This document shows positions 1 through 9,227 of a stretch of DNA of 64,000 nt, piece by piece. Under the pieces are notes generated by a model. The model saw nothing but the letters and a program-made list of their open reading frames with translations. It searched no databases and was not told where the DNA came from. Positions within the stretch are counted from its first letter, which is position 1. Each line of letters opens with the position of its first letter. Location of the stretch: NCBI GenBank assembly GCA_030593145.1, contig JAUVHU010000002.1, forward strand, positions 8,238 to 72,237, given 5' to 3'. This stretch comes from Desulfobacteraceae bacterium. GTDB lineage: Bacteria; Desulfobacterota; Desulfobacteria; Desulfobacterales; ETH-SRB1. The position numbers and the translations under genes are program-made.

Positions 1-1479
1 TCCGGCAACTGCAAAACATTCTGTTGTTCCTTGCACAGAAGGGGCCGGCTCGCCTGCAGCCTGGCCGGCTGCCAAGAATTCAGCATCCGTGGTAATAGGC
101 GCCTTAGCGTATCTGACATCATAGCTTGAGGCCTGTGTGCCAGGATCGTTACCATCATCACCAGGCGCCGTCCAGGTCAGTTCTATTGAATTTGAATCCA
201 CCATCCCTGTTGTTGCCAGATCGGTTATAACAGCCGGCGGCATAAGATCAGATATCATAATATGAGTGGTGGAAGCATAGTTGCCATAGGCGTATCTTTT
301 AATCTCTGTATGATTATAATTAGCTACATACAAATACTGCTGTCCGGTGAAAGAGGCCACAAAAATACCTAACCTGACACCGTTAGAATTAAATTGATAA
401 TCACCTATGCCTGAACCCGGCCCGCCTACAGTCATCACCCAATTGTTGTTGGAATCAAACTGCTGAATCCGGTGGTTACCACAGTCACTCACCCAGTAAT
501 AACCATTAGTATCAAAAGATATCTGATAGGGCCCGTTTCCACCGTTGAATTCTCCGTCCCCTATTCCTGAAGAGCTGAGAATGGTAGTAAAGCTGGATCC
601 GCCATCAGTGGATTTATATACCCTGGTAGCCCCCACATCTGCTACAAGAATAGTGTTGCTGTCTGAAGGATCAATGGCAATGCCTGAAAGTTGGACGGCG
701 CCTGGTGGTGTCGTGCCGCTATTCCAACTGGATCCAGAGTTGGTAGATTTATAAACCTTGTTTGTACCCTGATCCACACCGTAGAGTATGGTTCCATCAC
801 TATTACAAGCTATATCATAGGGTTGGGAGCTCATCATTCCCCACCCCAGGGAATAATTACTCCAGTTAATGCCGCCATCTGTTGAATAGTAAAGCCTCTT
901 GGCTCCGTTATCCATGACATAGATCTTCTGTCCGTCATTACTTATGGCGATCCCATAAGCAGGGCCGCTGCCTCCGTAAATTACCTGAGACCAACTGAAA
1001 CCACTATCAGTCGATTTGTAAAGTTTGTTATCCGATGAGGTCATCCAGAGATTCTGGCTGTCGGAAGGGTCAACAACCAGGTCATAAGGAGAAGATCCTG
1101 TAGTAGAAGCACCTGCATATGATATGTCGTCGATATAATAGGGATAGGTGCCGTCTGGTACAATGTCACTGATGTCATCCGTTCCATCCCATACTTCTGA
1201 ATTGCTGCCGCTGATTCTATTCTCAGTATAGTTGTCGGAAGGCACTACAAGGTTACGCTTCAGAATGCCGGATGCATTATGGATCCTCAACCAGAGTATG
1301 GTTGAGGTGTTCAAGTCATATGAAATGGCGGTATTCTCTATATCGAGGTTAAAGGGGTTAGGGTTTGCTGACACATTGGAGACATTGGCTGCTTCCCCTT
1401 TTAAGGTCATACCGAAGATAAAAAAGAAGCAAATGAGAACACCTACTGTAACCTTACATGAATCACAATAATTTTTCAT
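1..1479 (-). CDS. Secreted multidomain surface protein, cut by the window edge: FlgD-Ig-like N-domain, BNR/Asp-box propeller repeats, NHL-like repeats, Fn3-like module
   Basis: Absent from the ORF track because it has no stop inside the window. My own minus-strand translation from the ATG at 1479-1477 gives MKNYCDSCKVTVGVLICFFFIFGMTLKGEAANV... It stays open to position 1 (493 codons). Asp-box motifs read directly: YKSTDSGFSW, YYSTDGGINW, YKSTNSGSSW, YKSTDGGSSF. Later come GNHRIQQFD (NHL-like) and ELTWTAPGDDGNDPGTQASSYDVRY (Fn3-like). Confidence 0.75.
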   Translation of the reverse strand, partial: MKNYCDSCKVTVGVLICFFFIFGMTLKGEAANVSNVSANPNPFNLDIENTAISYDLNTSTILWLRIHNASGILKRNLVVPSDNYTENRISGSNSEVWDGTDDISDIVPDGTYPYYIDDISYAGASTTGSSPYDLVVDPSDSQNLWMTSSDNKLYKSTDSGFSWSQVIYGGSGPAYGIAISNDGQKIYVMDNGAKRLYYSTDGGINWSNYSLGWGMMSSQPYDIACNSDGTILYGVDQGTNKVYKSTNSGSSWNSGTTPPGAVQLSGIAIDPSDSNTILVADVGATRVYKSTDGGSSFTTILSSSGIGDGEFNGGNGPYQISFDTNGYYWVSDCGNHRIQQFDSNNNWVMTVGGPGSGIGDYQFNSNGVRLGIFVASFTGQQYLYVANYNHTEIKRYAYGNYASTTHIMISDLMPPAVITDLATTGMVDSNSIELTWTAPGDDGNDPGTQASSYDVRYAKAPITTDAEFLAAGQAAGEPAPSVQGTTECFAVAG

Positions 1480-1558
1480 GGTCTCACCTTTGTTCCTCAT
1501 AATCACTTTTTCATTACCAATTCATTTTATTTTTTCAAACCACAAAAGCCATGCTTTG

Positions 1559-2635
1559 TCATTGCTTTGACGTATGGCAGACAACACAGCCGGTCATATT
1601 TGCCTTGTTATTCCAGCGCATCAGCTTGTAATTGGCTGTAGCATGAGCACCATGGCAAGAAAGGCACATGATAATATCTGTTCCTGAGGCTACAACGGCG
1701 TTTGGATCAGCAGTGTTTATTGTGCCATAGACTGTTGATCTGGCAACTGGAGCCACTATACTGTAAGTTGTGTAGGCCGTATATTCGCCAGAATTTGTTA
1801 AAACAATATCTGTCGGGTGTCTGAGCCATGGCGAAGCAGCATCACTGGTTATATCATCTAAGCCCGGCCCATGAAAGTTCCCGTGACATTCAGCACATAA
1901 ACCGCTTATAGTATTTCCGCCAGCAGTTGTCTTGTCACTTTCAGTGCCTTTGCTGGAAGCACCATAATATTCATTGTGGATGGTGGAGTCTTTATTTTGC
2001 CATGGATAGGTGGCATCCATATTTTCATGACCCTTTACGCCTTTTAAGAATCGGTAGCTGTTGGCCACTGTATCAGCAGTATCACAAAGCCCACTCACCC
2101 CATCATGATGGGCACCTTTAATACTATCGAAATTGCCCGCTGTACCGCGGTCACCATGGCAGCCTTTTGTCCCGGCACAGGTTAAGTCTGTTGTAATCCC
2201 TGTACTGTTTTCATCACCTGGAGGCCCGGAGGTTAAAACACCTTCTGCATTACCAAGAAAGTCTACATTATGACCATAGGTATCGTCGGTTGTAATATGT
2301 TTAAAATTGCCGGCTGCCAAGTCTGTGCCGCCAGTGGCGTGATAGACCTGAGGGATTTTTTGGGTGCCCAGTGTCACGTATTCCGAACCATCAGAAGCCT
2401 GACCATGACAGCCCAGACAGTTGCCACGTACCAAGCTCGAGAAAGGAGCATCACCAAACCCTCCATATGTCGCCATTGAAGCCCCACCCTGACTGTTGTG
2501 CATAGTGTGACAGTTTGAGCACATTCCTGTCACCTTCGCATGAGGAGCATTTGATGCGGCTATGATCAAAAGGATCAATATTATGCTGAAAGACAACCTT
2601 TTCAAAACAGCTCCCTTTATTCCAGTACCAGGCAA
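1559..2635 (-). CDS. Secreted multihaem c-type cytochrome with 5 canonical CXXCH motifs plus one C-X5-CH candidate
   Basis: 358-aa ORF with a signal peptide (...LLIIAASNAPHA/KV). CXXCH motifs counted by eye: CSNCH, CLGCH, CAECH, CLSCH, CVVCH, plus CAGTKGCH. Many spare His residues. The sequence between haem sites is Gly/Thr/Ser-rich. Confidence 0.85.
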   Translation of the reverse strand: MPGTGIKGAVLKRLSFSIILILLIIAASNAPHAKVTGMCSNCHTMHNSQGGASMATYGGFGDAPFSSLVRGNCLGCHGQASDGSEYVTLGTQKIPQVYHATGGTDLAAGNFKHITTDDTYGHNVDFLGNAEGVLTSGPPGDENSTGITTDLTCAGTKGCHGDRGTAGNFDSIKGAHHDGVSGLCDTADTVANSYRFLKGVKGHENMDATYPWQNKDSTIHNEYYGASSKGTESDKTTAGGNTISGLCAECHGNFHGPGLDDITSDAASPWLRHPTDIVLTNSGEYTAYTTYSIVAPVARSTVYGTINTADPNAVVASGTDIIMCLSCHGAHATANYKLMRWNNKANMTGCVVCHTSKQ

Positions 2636-2683
2636 TGGTTCACGGTTGTCGGTTCACGGTTTTTTCAATGAACTATGCAACCG

Positions 2684-3613
2684 TTAACGGTTACCAATTT
2701 CAAAGACACTAATGCGTGTATTGGCCCGGTCAACGATAAATATCCGGCCTGAACTGTTTATATGGATAAAAGAAGGCCGGTGCAGTCGTCCTTCTCTCCA
2801 GCCGAGTTGTGAAAAAGCATATAGAAACCGGCCTTTATTGTTGAAGACAAGAACCTTATTTTTGTGCTGATCCATTACATAGATCAGCCCTTTTCGATCC
2901 ATAGCAAGGCTTGTTGGGAAATCGAATTCATCCTTACCGGTACCTCTGGTTCCAAACTTTAAAAGAAGATTTCCCTCTCTGTTATAAACGCAAATCGAAC
3001 CATCAATGGCGCTTAGCGCATAGATACGGCCCTGTGCATCAACCTTCACATCCATGAGGCCATGGCTTCCTTTGACAGGAATTTGTCTCTCAAATTGCAA
3101 ATTTGAATCAAAGACAATAATCCGCTTATTAGCTTTATCCACAATATACAAACGATCTTCTGAATCAATAGCCATATTCCCAGGATAAAACGGATTAGCC
3201 CCGGAAACAGTAGAAAGATCGATCGGTTTGACAGATTTTTTCCCGATATCGATAGCCAGGATTTGTCCCTTTACGGGTTCGGCCACAAAAAATCTACCCC
3301 TGCTGTCTTTGACTATGCTTGTCGGTAATGTCAGAGCGCCTCCGCCGGTGAATTCCGAGATATATTTAAACTTATCATTAAAATCAAATGCAAGAATTCT
3401 GCCATTTGTTGTGTCTGTGGAATATAACCTCTTTTTGTTTTCGTCAAAAAAGAGACCGCCAAGCAGGCCAAAATGGCCTATCTCGCTATTCCCGGTGATT
3501 GATGTCAGGTATTTAACCGGTTCTTTTGACGAACAAAATGCGGTTGCAGACATAATTAAAGTCAGGATTAAAACCGGAATAGCAAAATTGATCTTTCTAT
3601 GCACAATTACCAC
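2684..3613 (-). CDS. NHL-repeat six-bladed beta-propeller protein, probable lipoprotein
   Basis: 309-aa ORF with a signal peptide ending ...MSATAF-C-SS. Six blades spaced about 45 aa apart: GRILAFD, GQILAID, KRIIVFD, GSICVYN, NKVLVFN, TRISVFE. Confidence 0.8.
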   Translation of the reverse strand: MVIVHRKINFAIPVLILTLIMSATAFCSSKEPVKYLTSITGNSEIGHFGLLGGLFFDENKKRLYSTDTTNGRILAFDFNDKFKYISEFTGGGALTLPTSIVKDSRGRFFVAEPVKGQILAIDIGKKSVKPIDLSTVSGANPFYPGNMAIDSEDRLYIVDKANKRIIVFDSNLQFERQIPVKGSHGLMDVKVDAQGRIYALSAIDGSICVYNREGNLLLKFGTRGTGKDEFDFPTSLAMDRKGLIYVMDQHKNKVLVFNNKGRFLYAFSQLGWREGRLHRPSFIHINSSGRIFIVDRANTRISVFEIGNR

Positions 3614-3643
3614 CTTACCCCGGACAAACCGGAATTGAATATA

Positions 3644-3778
3644 AAAAGTGCCTAAAGTTGATGGTCTCGTAAAAAGTCAAAAAACCACTTTTTACGAACC
3701 GTGTTAGGTGTTAAGAGTATGATTAAACAGGCAATTGCTTTAACCTAACACTTGATGAATTCGTAAAAAGTCATTCTG
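3644..3778. repeat. Composite intergenic repeat, family A copy 1 (CGTAAAAAGTC / GTGTTAGGT..CTAACAC modules)
   Basis: The reverse complement of 3701-3772 aligns to 20632-20709 at roughly 87 percent identity by hand alignment, with one 7-nt indel. AAAAGTGCCTAAAGTTG (3644-3660) is identical to 17454-17470. An internal hairpin reads cgtaaaaagt..actttttacg. Confidence 0.85.
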
Positions 3779-3930
3779 TACGTCACTCCAGCGAAAGCGG
3801 GAGTCTATAACTGATTGAATTTACCGGATTCCCGTCTTTGCGGGAATGACAAAAAATGACGCAGGGGATGACAAAAAACGGCATTTTTCAAAGGTCTTTT
3901 ACTCTCCACGCTCTAAGCTCTCTACTCTAG

Positions 3931-5187
3931 TCAGTACCCCTTATGACATTGAATACACAACTGCTTTTTTCGATCAAATCTCAAAGCAAAACTATAAGGG
4001 CTTCCCATCAGGTTATGACAGGTACTGCAGCGAATCTCCCCCTTGGACCTCGGATCAATAGTGCCTTTTCCAACAGGATGGGTGAACGTAGCATGTCTTT
4101 TGTGGCAATTAACACACGCGGAAATTTCATCAGTCCTGCACAATAGCTCAAAGTTGGATCCGTGGGGACGATGGCAGTCAGTGCATTTTCCTTTCATAAC
4201 CAAGGGGTGCTTGTATTTGTTATTTTTGTCTTTTAAGCGCTCTTTTGTATCCTGATGACAGGCAGTGCATATTTTTTTCTCTTTTGCCTTCTTCAGGTGA
4301 GGCTCATCCGAAGCATGCGGACTGTGGCAGTCGGTGCAAAAAACGCCTTCTCCCACATGGGTGTTGATCTTTCTGAAGTCCTCTTTAACCCCTGGATGGC
4401 AGGTAATGCAAATCGATATTCCCTTGTTTTTTATGCTCAGCGGATCTGTTGATCCGGCCGGCTTATGGCATTGAGTGCATTTCTTACCGGAAAACGGCTT
4501 GTGTGAGTTTTCCTTGATCAGCTTGCCGCGATTTGATCCGTGGGGATTGTGGCAGGAAATGCAATTGGTATCCTGCACAGGATAATTAAGGTGAGCTTTT
4601 TTCGCTTTTTTGTTATTAATCGAATGACATTTGACGCATATCTGTTTAGGACTCTTTTCGACCAGCTCCTCATAATCGGACGTATGGTGGCTGTGGCAAC
4701 TTAAACAATTACCTTTCTTGGCAGGATCGTGCTTGTTCTTTTTTGAAAACATCTCTTTGCCGGCATGGCAGCTAAAGCAGAGTTGTTCCCCTCTTGCCGT
4801 TAATAGTTTGGGATTTTTTGACGAATGAGGGTTATGACACTTCAGGCACGCTCCTTCTTCAAAAGGAGGATGGCTGTATTTTTTGTCAAAGCTCCCTTTT
4901 TTGCCTTTATGGCAGCTTTTGCACAACACGCTGATTTCATCTTTTATTAGATGTTCGTAATTTGAGGTATGGGGATTGTGGCAGCTTGAACATTGATATT
5001 TTTTAAAAGGCTCGTGTTTCCTCTTTTGAGCCATTTCCTGTTGAATCCCGGGATGACATTCCATGCATTTTTTAAAGCCGACATCCATGCCTTTTGCATC
5101 AGTCACAGGAGCAACCATCATGGATAACAGGAATACCACGAAAAATATCAAATAAAACAAGAATGTGTGATTTTTAACTTTAGGCAT
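3931..5187 (-). CDS. 16-haem c-type cytochrome built from doubled-CXXCH repeat units, secreted
   Basis: 418-aa ORF with signal peptide ...MMVAPVTDA/KG. I counted 16 CXXCH motifs by eye. They recur in a roughly 50-aa unit: CxxCH, about 20 aa containing H-x-P, CxxCH-x-PH-x-S, about 15 aa. Confidence 0.9.
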   Translation of the reverse strand: MPKVKNHTFLFYLIFFVVFLLSMMVAPVTDAKGMDVGFKKCMECHPGIQQEMAQKRKHEPFKKYQCSSCHNPHTSNYEHLIKDEISVLCKSCHKGKKGSFDKKYSHPPFEEGACLKCHNPHSSKNPKLLTARGEQLCFSCHAGKEMFSKKNKHDPAKKGNCLSCHSHHTSDYEELVEKSPKQICVKCHSINNKKAKKAHLNYPVQDTNCISCHNPHGSNRGKLIKENSHKPFSGKKCTQCHKPAGSTDPLSIKNKGISICITCHPGVKEDFRKINTHVGEGVFCTDCHSPHASDEPHLKKAKEKKICTACHQDTKERLKDKNNKYKHPLVMKGKCTDCHRPHGSNFELLCRTDEISACVNCHKRHATFTHPVGKGTIDPRSKGEIRCSTCHNLMGSPYSFALRFDRKKQLCIQCHKGY

Positions 5188-5205
5188 TTTAGCTCACTGT
5201 TACAA

Positions 5206-7155
5206 CTAATGACATTTTTTACAGTTGCCGTCCTTAAACAGAGGATGCATTATTTTATGTATCAAAGCTTCGTTTTCCGAGCTGTGCGTTTCATGACAGC
5301 CTATACAATTTGTGCCGGCGACAGGAATTGCGCTGTGAGCATCCATCATAGCCGGAGCATTGAGGCTGTGACAACCTTTGCAAAGGCTCGCCCCTTTACC
5401 TGCAAGTAAGTTTTCAATGTTTGCATAGTGCGGCACATGGCACTTCAAACACATCTCTTCCTTTGCCGGCGTATGCTGAAATTTATCCTTTTCAATATGA
5501 AGCGCCAGATCAGAGTGACATGACAGGCAGAGTCTCCCTGCAAGTCTGTTTAATCGTCCTTTTATTTTACTCCCGTGGGGATTATGACAGAATGTGCATT
5601 CTCCCTCTTTAATCGGCATGTGGGTGTATTTGCTTTTTTGGGAAAGAGCCTGAATGTCTCCGTGACACCCATAACAATTATCCGCTCCTATTTTAATCAA
5701 CTGAAAATCGTTGTCGCCGGCATGTTCATCGTGGCATGTAAGACATCGGCCCTTTGCAAAAGATTCATGAACACTTCCCCCCTTCACCTCATCAAGCATC
5801 CCCTTATGGCAATTAAAGCAGAGTTTGTTTTTTTTCTGGATCAAAAGCTTTTCCCTGCTTGCAGAGTGGGGGCTATGGCAGACAACACATTGTCCGATCC
5901 TGATAGGAGTGTGAACATTAACGCGATCAAAGAGTATCTTCTCTTTTTGATGGCAGCTATAACACTGCTCAACTTCGGCGCGCTGGAGTTCAAACTTGTT
6001 ATTTGATGCATGGGGTTCGTGACAAACAACACAATCTCCTTTCTTAACAGGATTGTGAACATTTGACCGCGTAAAATCGTCTCTCTTATGACACTGGTAA
6101 CAAAGCTTTTTGCCGGCCTCTTTCAATCCATAATCGTTGTTTGATGCATGGGGATTATGACAGGATGTACAATTGTTCTCTCCTGCCGGCTTATGAACAT
6201 GTTGTTTCTTAATTAACTTTTCTTTTTCTTTATGGCACGAATAGCAAAGCTTTCCATCAGGCAGAAGCGTTGCATATTTGTTGTCAGTGGCATGTGGACT
6301 GTGGCATGACAGGCAATTTCCATCCTGAACCGGTGAATGGATATGAGCTTTCTTAAAATCCGCCTTGTCTTTTGCATGGCAACCATAGCAAAGCTTTGCG
6401 CCCTTCTCCCTCGGTTCTAAAGCCTGCGCCGATTCAGGTGGGTTATGGCATGCGCTGCACTCCTTTTTGTCAAGGGGTTTATGAATAAATTCGCGCAGCA
6501 ACTTGGGGTTTGAAGAGGAATGTGATGTATGACACGACACACAATTGCTATTGTTCACCTTATAGCCCGAGTGGCTTTTGACAAACCCGGAACCTTTGAA
6601 ATTATGACATTTGGCACATACATCGTTCGTCGTGTTAAATAGCTGTTGTTCATAATCAGAACCATGGGCATCATGACATGTCAGGCAACCCTTGTCGGAT
6701 AATGGCTCATGTTGTGTTTTTCTTGTATAAGAGTCTTTTGAATGGCAAACAAAACAAAGATTATTTCCCTTGCCTTTTAACAGGTTTTTATTTTCGGACG
6801 AATGTGGATTGTGACAACTTATACAGTTTTTTTCTTTTACAGGAGCATGAACATGCTTTTTGTCAAGCACGCTTTTCATCTCTTTATGACAGATGTAACA
6901 CAGCTCCTTTTCGCTCACCTTTAAGTAAACGCCCCCGATCATCCCGTGGGGTCTGTGACACGATTCACACTCGTTGCTTTTTACAGGCTTATGGACAATC
7001 CCTGCCTTCTTAAACTCATCAACCTTTTTTTGATGGCACTCAACGCATTTTTTTCTTACAATCTGCCCTGGCGCTTTTCTCTTGCAGGAAACAATCCCCA
7101 CGATGATAATTGCAATCAATAACAGCAATATAGTAGCTGGTTTTATAAATTTCAT
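5206..7155 (-). CDS. 26-haem c-type cytochrome, probable lipoprotein, same doubled-CXXCH repeat architecture
   Basis: 649-aa ORF. The N-terminus MKFIKPATILLLLIAIIIVGIVS-C-KRK has a lipobox-like IVSC. I counted 26 CXXCH motifs by eye, making 13 repeat units. It lies 18 bp upstream of the 16-haem gene and 3 bp downstream of the SurA-like gene. Confidence 0.9.
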   Translation of the reverse strand: MKFIKPATILLLLIAIIIVGIVSCKRKAPGQIVRKKCVECHQKKVDEFKKAGIVHKPVKSNECESCHRPHGMIGGVYLKVSEKELCYICHKEMKSVLDKKHVHAPVKEKNCISCHNPHSSENKNLLKGKGNNLCFVCHSKDSYTRKTQHEPLSDKGCLTCHDAHGSDYEQQLFNTTNDVCAKCHNFKGSGFVKSHSGYKVNNSNCVSCHTSHSSSNPKLLREFIHKPLDKKECSACHNPPESAQALEPREKGAKLCYGCHAKDKADFKKAHIHSPVQDGNCLSCHSPHATDNKYATLLPDGKLCYSCHKEKEKLIKKQHVHKPAGENNCTSCHNPHASNNDYGLKEAGKKLCYQCHKRDDFTRSNVHNPVKKGDCVVCHEPHASNNKFELQRAEVEQCYSCHQKEKILFDRVNVHTPIRIGQCVVCHSPHSASREKLLIQKKNKLCFNCHKGMLDEVKGGSVHESFAKGRCLTCHDEHAGDNDFQLIKIGADNCYGCHGDIQALSQKSKYTHMPIKEGECTFCHNPHGSKIKGRLNRLAGRLCLSCHSDLALHIEKDKFQHTPAKEEMCLKCHVPHYANIENLLAGKGASLCKGCHSLNAPAMMDAHSAIPVAGTNCIGCHETHSSENEALIHKIMHPLFKDGNCKKCH

Positions 7156-7158
7156 GGC

Positions 7159-8577
7159 TTAATTGTTCCGGTATTTTTCTTCTATCTGTCGCAAAACTTT
7201 TTTGTTAATCTTTATTCTGGAACTTTTACGCAATTTTGCCAAATACTTGGAAAGCACTTTGTTGAAGTTGTTTTGGCCCACGATTTTTTTTAATGTATTG
7301 ACAAGACTGGAGAACTCTATGGGTTCCCCTCCTCTTTTGCCCTTTAATTTAATGATCTTGTATTGTCTGCCATCAGCGATTACCCCGCTGATCTCACCTG
7401 GTTTCAGCCGGTTTAATTCCTTCCTGATTGCAGGAGAAAAGAAATCAGCATTAACCCATACAATCTTTTGCCTTGGCTTCCATTTTTCCGACACCCGAGA
7501 TCCCAAAAACTCAAAACTCGCGCCATACTTTAATTCTTTAAGGGCTTTCTCAGCATCTTTACGAACATTAAAGATCATCTCCCTGAACCAGACTTCATAA
7601 CTTTTCTTGAAATTATTTATATGTTTTTCATAATATTGTGTCAACTCATTTTCTGTTGGAATTGATAGGGGATAGATTAGCTTTGCCTTAAATTCATTGA
7701 TAAGAAGCCGATCTTTACGTTTTTTAACCATATCCATAAATGCAGGCTCGTTGACATAATTTCGCTTTAACGCCTCCTGGTCGATCAATTTGAATAAAAT
7801 CAGTTTGTCTAAAATTTTCTCTTTTAACTCTGGTTGCATTTTTTCCGGATATCCATTGTTTTTCAACAAAAGAGATGTCCCTGGCTGATATTGAGCTGCA
7901 TATTTCATATCATGAAGAAAACTATCGAGGGAAATCATATCACCATTTACGCCCGCCACCACCAACTTTTTTCCTGAGTAATTCTTTCCAGGGTCAAGCA
8001 GGTTAATCAGGTCCTGATCAATCCATATATCCGCCTGTTTTCTTAGCTCGGAAATAAAGTTGTCAGACAGTTCTTTCTCTTTTTTCTTCTTGAGGTTTTT
8101 TCTGATTCGCGCTTCTACCTTTTTAAACATTCCTTCAGAAGCCGGTTCATCTTTCTCATAGTGCTCTTTGAAATAGTCCAAAACATCTTGATCGCTGATG
8201 TTGATTTTATCAAAGACTACTTCTTTTCTTAATCTGATGACAGACCGAGTAATCACGAAAGATTCAATCTTTTTTGTAAAATCAGCAGACCTGTCAAGTT
8301 CCACCCTGTACGCGTCCTGAATCATGAGCCGCTCATCAATCATCTCTTCAACAATATTCAGAATCTCTATGCCGCCCGCGCCTTCTTCAGACCGAATTTG
8401 CAGCTTATTCCTGTGAATAGCCTTAATCCTCTCCTGAAGAGCGCCTTCATCAACAATGTCACCATTGATTTCCGCGAGAACGGTTGTATCCGCAGCCGCA
8501 GAATAGGGTGTATATATATTTGCGGCTGCAAGCCAAAAAAGTGTCATCAAAGTAAATACTGATAATTTTCTCATCAT
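7159..8577 (-). CDS. Periplasmic SurA-like chaperone / PpiC-type (parvulin) peptidyl-prolyl isomerase domain protein
   Basis: 472-aa ORF with signal peptide ...YTPYSAAA/DT. The N-terminus is SurA-like (VLAEINGDIVDEGALQERI). The C-terminal region is parvulin-like (EVWFREMIFNVRKDAEKALKELKYGASFEFLG...GEISGVI...YKIIKL). The usual catalytic His context looks degenerate. Confidence 0.7.
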   Translation of the reverse strand: MMRKLSVFTLMTLFWLAAANIYTPYSAAADTTVLAEINGDIVDEGALQERIKAIHRNKLQIRSEEGAGGIEILNIVEEMIDERLMIQDAYRVELDRSADFTKKIESFVITRSVIRLRKEVVFDKINISDQDVLDYFKEHYEKDEPASEGMFKKVEARIRKNLKKKKEKELSDNFISELRKQADIWIDQDLINLLDPGKNYSGKKLVVAGVNGDMISLDSFLHDMKYAAQYQPGTSLLLKNNGYPEKMQPELKEKILDKLILFKLIDQEALKRNYVNEPAFMDMVKKRKDRLLINEFKAKLIYPLSIPTENELTQYYEKHINNFKKSYEVWFREMIFNVRKDAEKALKELKYGASFEFLGSRVSEKWKPRQKIVWVNADFFSPAIRKELNRLKPGEISGVIADGRQYKIIKLKGKRGGEPIEFSSLVNTLKKIVGQNNFNKVLSKYLAKLRKSSRIKINKKVLRQIEEKYRNN

Positions 8578-8602
8578 AAAAAGTTACAAGCGCCTTCCCC
8601 GC

Positions 8603-9223
8603 TTAGGGTATCGTCTCAATCATCTCCAAAACCATTTTCCTGGTCAATTCGCCCACCGACCTGACCTTGCCGAAATCAAGAACCTTTATGTAGTCGTCAC
8701 CGGTTCTTCTGTATTGCGCCATCCACAAAATCTTTCCTGTTCGGGCGTCCACCATCCTCGAACTGATGGAAACCACGGGAATAACGCTCCTTTTCTTTTT
8801 CTCTATCCCTATAAATTCTTCTACCCGACCTATAATAACGGCATCCACTCCCAATCTTTTTCCCGCAAGCTTGATAGTATTGAGATCAATGCCGGTTCTC
8901 ACGATAATTCGCTCGCTAACAAGAAAACTCTTGATGTTACCTGAAAATTCCACCTTAAATTTTCTCGTTTTAATCAGGTTTGCGATAAATGCCCCTGTTA
9001 CAATTTTGCTTGCTCCGGTAATTTTTGTATTGTTGTAAAAAGACAAAACCGCAACCTTTTTGACTGCCGGCTGATCATGGTTTTTTCTGACATAGGTGTA
9101 CGGAGTACCGGATGAAGAACAACCGGAAATGAATCCCAAAATAACAAGCAAAAAAATAAACCTTCTTGTCCGCTCAGCCTTTGAGACCTTTGCAATGTGA
9201 AAACCAATTTTTTGCGAGTCCAT
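8603..9223 (-). CDS. Lipoprotein with CsgG/LpoB/TolB-N-like alpha/beta domain (paralogue 1 of 3)
   Basis: ORF 8603..9271. I prefer the ATG at 9223, which is 4 nt after the upstream stop. Lipobox LGFISG-C-SSS. Motifs KKVAVLSFYNNT, AGKRLGVDAVIIGRVEEF and ARTGKILW...RRTGDD are shared with the next two genes. Confidence 0.6.
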   Translation of the reverse strand: MDSQKIGFHIAKVSKAERTRRFIFLLVILGFISGCSSSGTPYTYVRKNHDQPAVKKVAVLSFYNNTKITGASKIVTGAFIANLIKTRKFKVEFSGNIKSFLVSERIIVRTGIDLNTIKLAGKRLGVDAVIIGRVEEFIGIEKKKRSVIPVVSISSRMVDARTGKILWMAQYRRTGDDYIKVLDFGKVRSVGELTRKMVLEMIETIP

Positions 9224-9227
9224 CAAC

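Noticed and set aside
3828-3847. Similarity of attcccgtctttgcgggaat to Neisseria dRS3-type repeats (ATTCCC-N8-GGGAAT).
   Set aside because: The format match is probably coincidental for a short GC-stem hairpin. There is a single occurrence in this window and no phage-integration context.
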